From contig JAFGGO010000119.1 of NCBI GenBank assembly GCA_016930515.1, positions 1 through 41,043 of the forward strand: a stretch of DNA of 41,043 nt, written 5' to 3'. The notes below the pieces were generated by a model that worked only from the letters and a program-made list of their open reading frames with translations, did not search any database and was not told the DNA's origin. This DNA comes from Promethearchaeota archaeon. GTDB taxonomy: Archaea > Asgardarchaeota > Lokiarchaeia > Sigyniarchaeales > SOKP01. The translations under genes and the position numbers were made by a program. Positions 39,401-41,043 of this stretch are shown piece after piece; position 1 is the first letter of the stretch, and each line of letters starts with the position of its first letter.

Positions 39401-39771
39401 TCGATAGCTTCGATTGGAGTTCCAAGTACCCGCACGCCATATTTCTCTAGAATTCCTTCTTCTTTCAATTCCACTCCAACATTTAAGGCAGTTTGGCCTC
39501 CAAACGCCAACAATATGCCGTCCGGTCTCTCTTTCTTGATTATTTCCTCAACATAGCGCACGTTAATGGGAAGCAAGTATACCCTGTCCGATAATTCGGG
39601 ATCGGTCTGAATTGTTGCAATGTTAGGATTAATTAATATGGTTTTTATACCCTCTTCTTTAAGTGCTTTTAACACCTGACTCCCGGAATAATCAAATTCA
39701 CCAGCCTGTCCGATTCTTATTCCTCCAGAACCCAATACCAACGCTTTCTTAATGGTCTTGTCGAGTGGCAT
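36460..39771 (-). CDS. carB: Carbamoyl-phosphate synthase large subunit
   Basis: IGQAGEFDYSG, MKSVGEVMAIGR, VRPSYVLSG, AGVHSGDA, C-terminal MGS domain. Confidence 0.97.
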   Translation of the reverse strand: MPLDKTIKKALVLGSGGIRIGQAGEFDYSGSQVLKALKEEGIKTILINPNIATIQTDPELSDRVYLLPINVRYVEEIIKKERPDGILLAFGGQTALNVGVELKEEGILEKYGVRVLGTPIEAIEKTEDRDLFVKAMYESDARVCRSQAVTTYSEAVKVAKNFGFPLMLRVAYTLGGRGSGIIHNMNEFEKMAKKGLAQSRINQILIEESVWGWKEIEYEVVRDSVDNCFINCNMENFDPVGIHTGESIVVAPSQTLTNEEYQMLRSASIRVIRNLGIIGECNIQYALHPTSKEFRVIEVNARLSRSSALASKATGYPLAYIAAKLATGYTLPELNNKITGITTACFEPALDYLVLKIPRWDLTKFQKVDRRIGSQMKSVGEVMAIGRTFEEVLQKAIRMLDVGMKGLVANDLPPIEDLNELKYSLRNPTDLRAFRLAEAIKKGISIDEIYELSRVDKWFLYKLQNIVNIEHQLEKLDLLESKDEDKKYWFIRAKRYGFSDGQIAQIMKINSIIVRKLRKNYGITPFVKRIDTLAAEWPAKTNYLYLSYAASEHDVDFEKEEQAHLKKVIVLGSGTYRIGASVEFDWGSVNCLFGLKKLGVDQAIIINYNPETVSTDYDISDKLYFEELSGERVIDICELEKAYGVVVSAGGQIANNLAAKFSKYTDFFGQIGLNILGTHGTRIDMAEDRSKFSSLLDQLNIKQPQWAALVNNKEALKFAKDVGYPVLVRPSYVLSGAAMRVSYDKHTLQDTLDLAAAVSSDYPVVITKFFTEAREIECDGVCDGERVFIGAIVEHIENAGVHSGDATMSIPPQTVSAKVINEIEENTKKIALALKIKGPFNVQYLVKNEEVFVIECNLRSSRSMPYVSKTRGVNLMRLAAEVIMGEKIPERLMDLPYGKYVSIKSPMFSFMRLDKADPILGVEMASTGEVACIGEDFSDALIKSIEATELKIPVNGGNVLISVGGDELKKQVVPLAKKLKEMGFTIFATEDTAKVLKENEVWAVRLYKVHEYGNEPNIMGCLQNGAIDMVINIPLPTTVEQKFIQIMEDEYMIRRMAVDYNLPVIINLQLAKAVIDAIEKVRKKEISIKSLNEYHDTLKEVYW

Positions 39772-39773
39772 GA

Positions 39774-40910
39774 TTAGATTTTCATTAGCTCCATGAATTT
39801 ATCAAATAAATATAAAGAATCAAAAGGGCCGGGACACGCTTCAGGGTGAAATTGCACTGCTAAGACGGGTTTAGTCTCGTGCACGAGCCCTTCATTTGAT
39901 TTATCATCAATATTTCTTAAAAATTCCCTAAAGCCTTGCTTTTCAAAGTTCTTTACGCAGAATCCATGATTCTGAGAAGTGATATAACACTTTTGGGTAT
40001 CAAGATCAATAACAGTCTTGTTTCCTCCCCTGTGTCCGTATTTTAACTTGTACGATACTCCTCCAGCCGCTAATCCAATTATTTGATTGCCCAAGCAAAT
40101 CCCAAAAGTGGGCACATCGTTTTCAATTAGTTTCCTGCACACTTGAACGGCGCTCTGATACACTGAAGGATCACCAGGCCCGTTAGATATAAAGACCCCG
40201 TTTGGCTTAAAATCCATAATCTGATCGAAATTAATATCGTAGGGAACGATAACGACTTCTATTCTTCGCTTGAGAAAGTTTCGCACAATATTAAGTTTCA
40301 CTCCTAAATCCAATATCACTACCTTACCTCTTGGATGGTTGGGGGAATATATTTTAATTTCTTTAGTCGATACTTCTCCTGCGAGATTTCTCAAGTTAGG
40401 ATCTTTTGCTTCAGAGACAATCTGTTTTAAACTTTCAATATTGGGAGTTTGTCCTGAGTCGTATACAGCAAGCAATCCAATTTGGACGCCTTCTTCTCGC
40501 AATATTTTCGTGATGGCTCGCGTGTCAATCCATTCGATACCAGGTATTCCTTGTTCGAAGAGAAATTCGTTTAAAGTTTTTTTGGATTCGTAATGGCTCG
40601 GTAGATCGCAACACTCGTTTACTACAAAACCTTCGACTTTAACAGAATCAGATTCAAAATGCTTGATAACGCCCATTTCGTCTTTTTCCCAATCTGGAAC
40701 ACCATAATTGCCGATGAGCGGATGCGTCATGACGACGATTTGACCCTTATAGGACGGATCAGTTAGAGTTTCGTTGTATCCTGCCCCTGTCATCGTGTTA
40801 AACACTAATTCCCCGGTCACGATTTTAGAAGCGCCAAAACCAATGCCTTGGAAGAACCGTCCGTCTTTTAGCATCAATATAGCTGGGCGCTCATTCTTGT
40901 AAATAACCAT
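39774..40910 (-). CDS. carA: Carbamoyl-phosphate synthase small subunit
   Basis: GELVFNT, LTDPSY, SNGPGDP, GICLGNQ, SQNHGF, QFHPEA. Confidence 0.97.
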   Translation of the reverse strand: MVIYKNERPAILMLKDGRFFQGIGFGASKIVTGELVFNTMTGAGYNETLTDPSYKGQIVVMTHPLIGNYGVPDWEKDEMGVIKHFESDSVKVEGFVVNECCDLPSHYESKKTLNEFLFEQGIPGIEWIDTRAITKILREEGVQIGLLAVYDSGQTPNIESLKQIVSEAKDPNLRNLAGEVSTKEIKIYSPNHPRGKVVILDLGVKLNIVRNFLKRRIEVVIVPYDINFDQIMDFKPNGVFISNGPGDPSVYQSAVQVCRKLIENDVPTFGICLGNQIIGLAAGGVSYKLKYGHRGGNKTVIDLDTQKCYITSQNHGFCVKNFEKQGFREFLRNIDDKSNEGLVHETKPVLAVQFHPEACPGPFDSLYLFDKFMELMKI

Positions 40911-41043
40911 GATTTTAGGTTTTTTATACTATTCTCTTACTTGCTTAAAAGTAGCATTACTATTAATTTTTATTAAGACAATTATTAACCGAATGAGATG
41001 TTAAATAAGCTTGATACATTATAGAGATTTATTATAAAAGTAA

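Noticed and set aside
36791-40593. Short plus-strand ORFs opposite carAB, and similar ORFs opposite other genes
   Set aside because: Antisense or alternate-frame ORFs with no recognisable motifs, lying within well-supported genes.
1-41043. Mobile elements, rRNA, defence systems
   Set aside because: No transposase, integrase, terminal inverted repeats, rRNA-like segment or recognisable defence gene seen.

Overview
AT-rich archaeal chromosomal segment, most consistent with an Asgard archaeon (Lokiarchaeia-like). The basis is two Rab-like small GTPases, a longin-like protein, membrane-anchored NosD/PbH1-PKD surface proteins (one with a C-terminal Zn finger), a split archaeal glutamate synthase and TrmB-type regulation. 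Housekeeping content: carAB, ilvE, gltB1/B2/B3 with an HdrB-HdrC fusion, a heterodimeric ABC exporter, a multi-PAS histidine kinase, 4-hydroxybutyryl-CoA dehydratase and several decayed genes. The standout signal is the Rab-like GTPase gene at 12556-13113. Its switch I region is interrupted by a 30-nt insert carrying two in-frame stops, which folds into a canonical bulge-helix-bulge (BHB) motif. Standard tRNA-splicing-endonuclease cuts would remove exactly 12664-12693 and restore ...FNPSE|RLTIGVDF..., making it a candidate BHB mRNA intron in a eukaryotic-signature gene. Other leads are a structured leader with an Ala/Ile/Val/Leu-rich uORF upstream of ilvE, and an AbrB-like domain fused to a degenerate acyl-CoA ligase facing a palindrome-rich divergent promoter. 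All calls come from reading motifs by eye; no searches were run.
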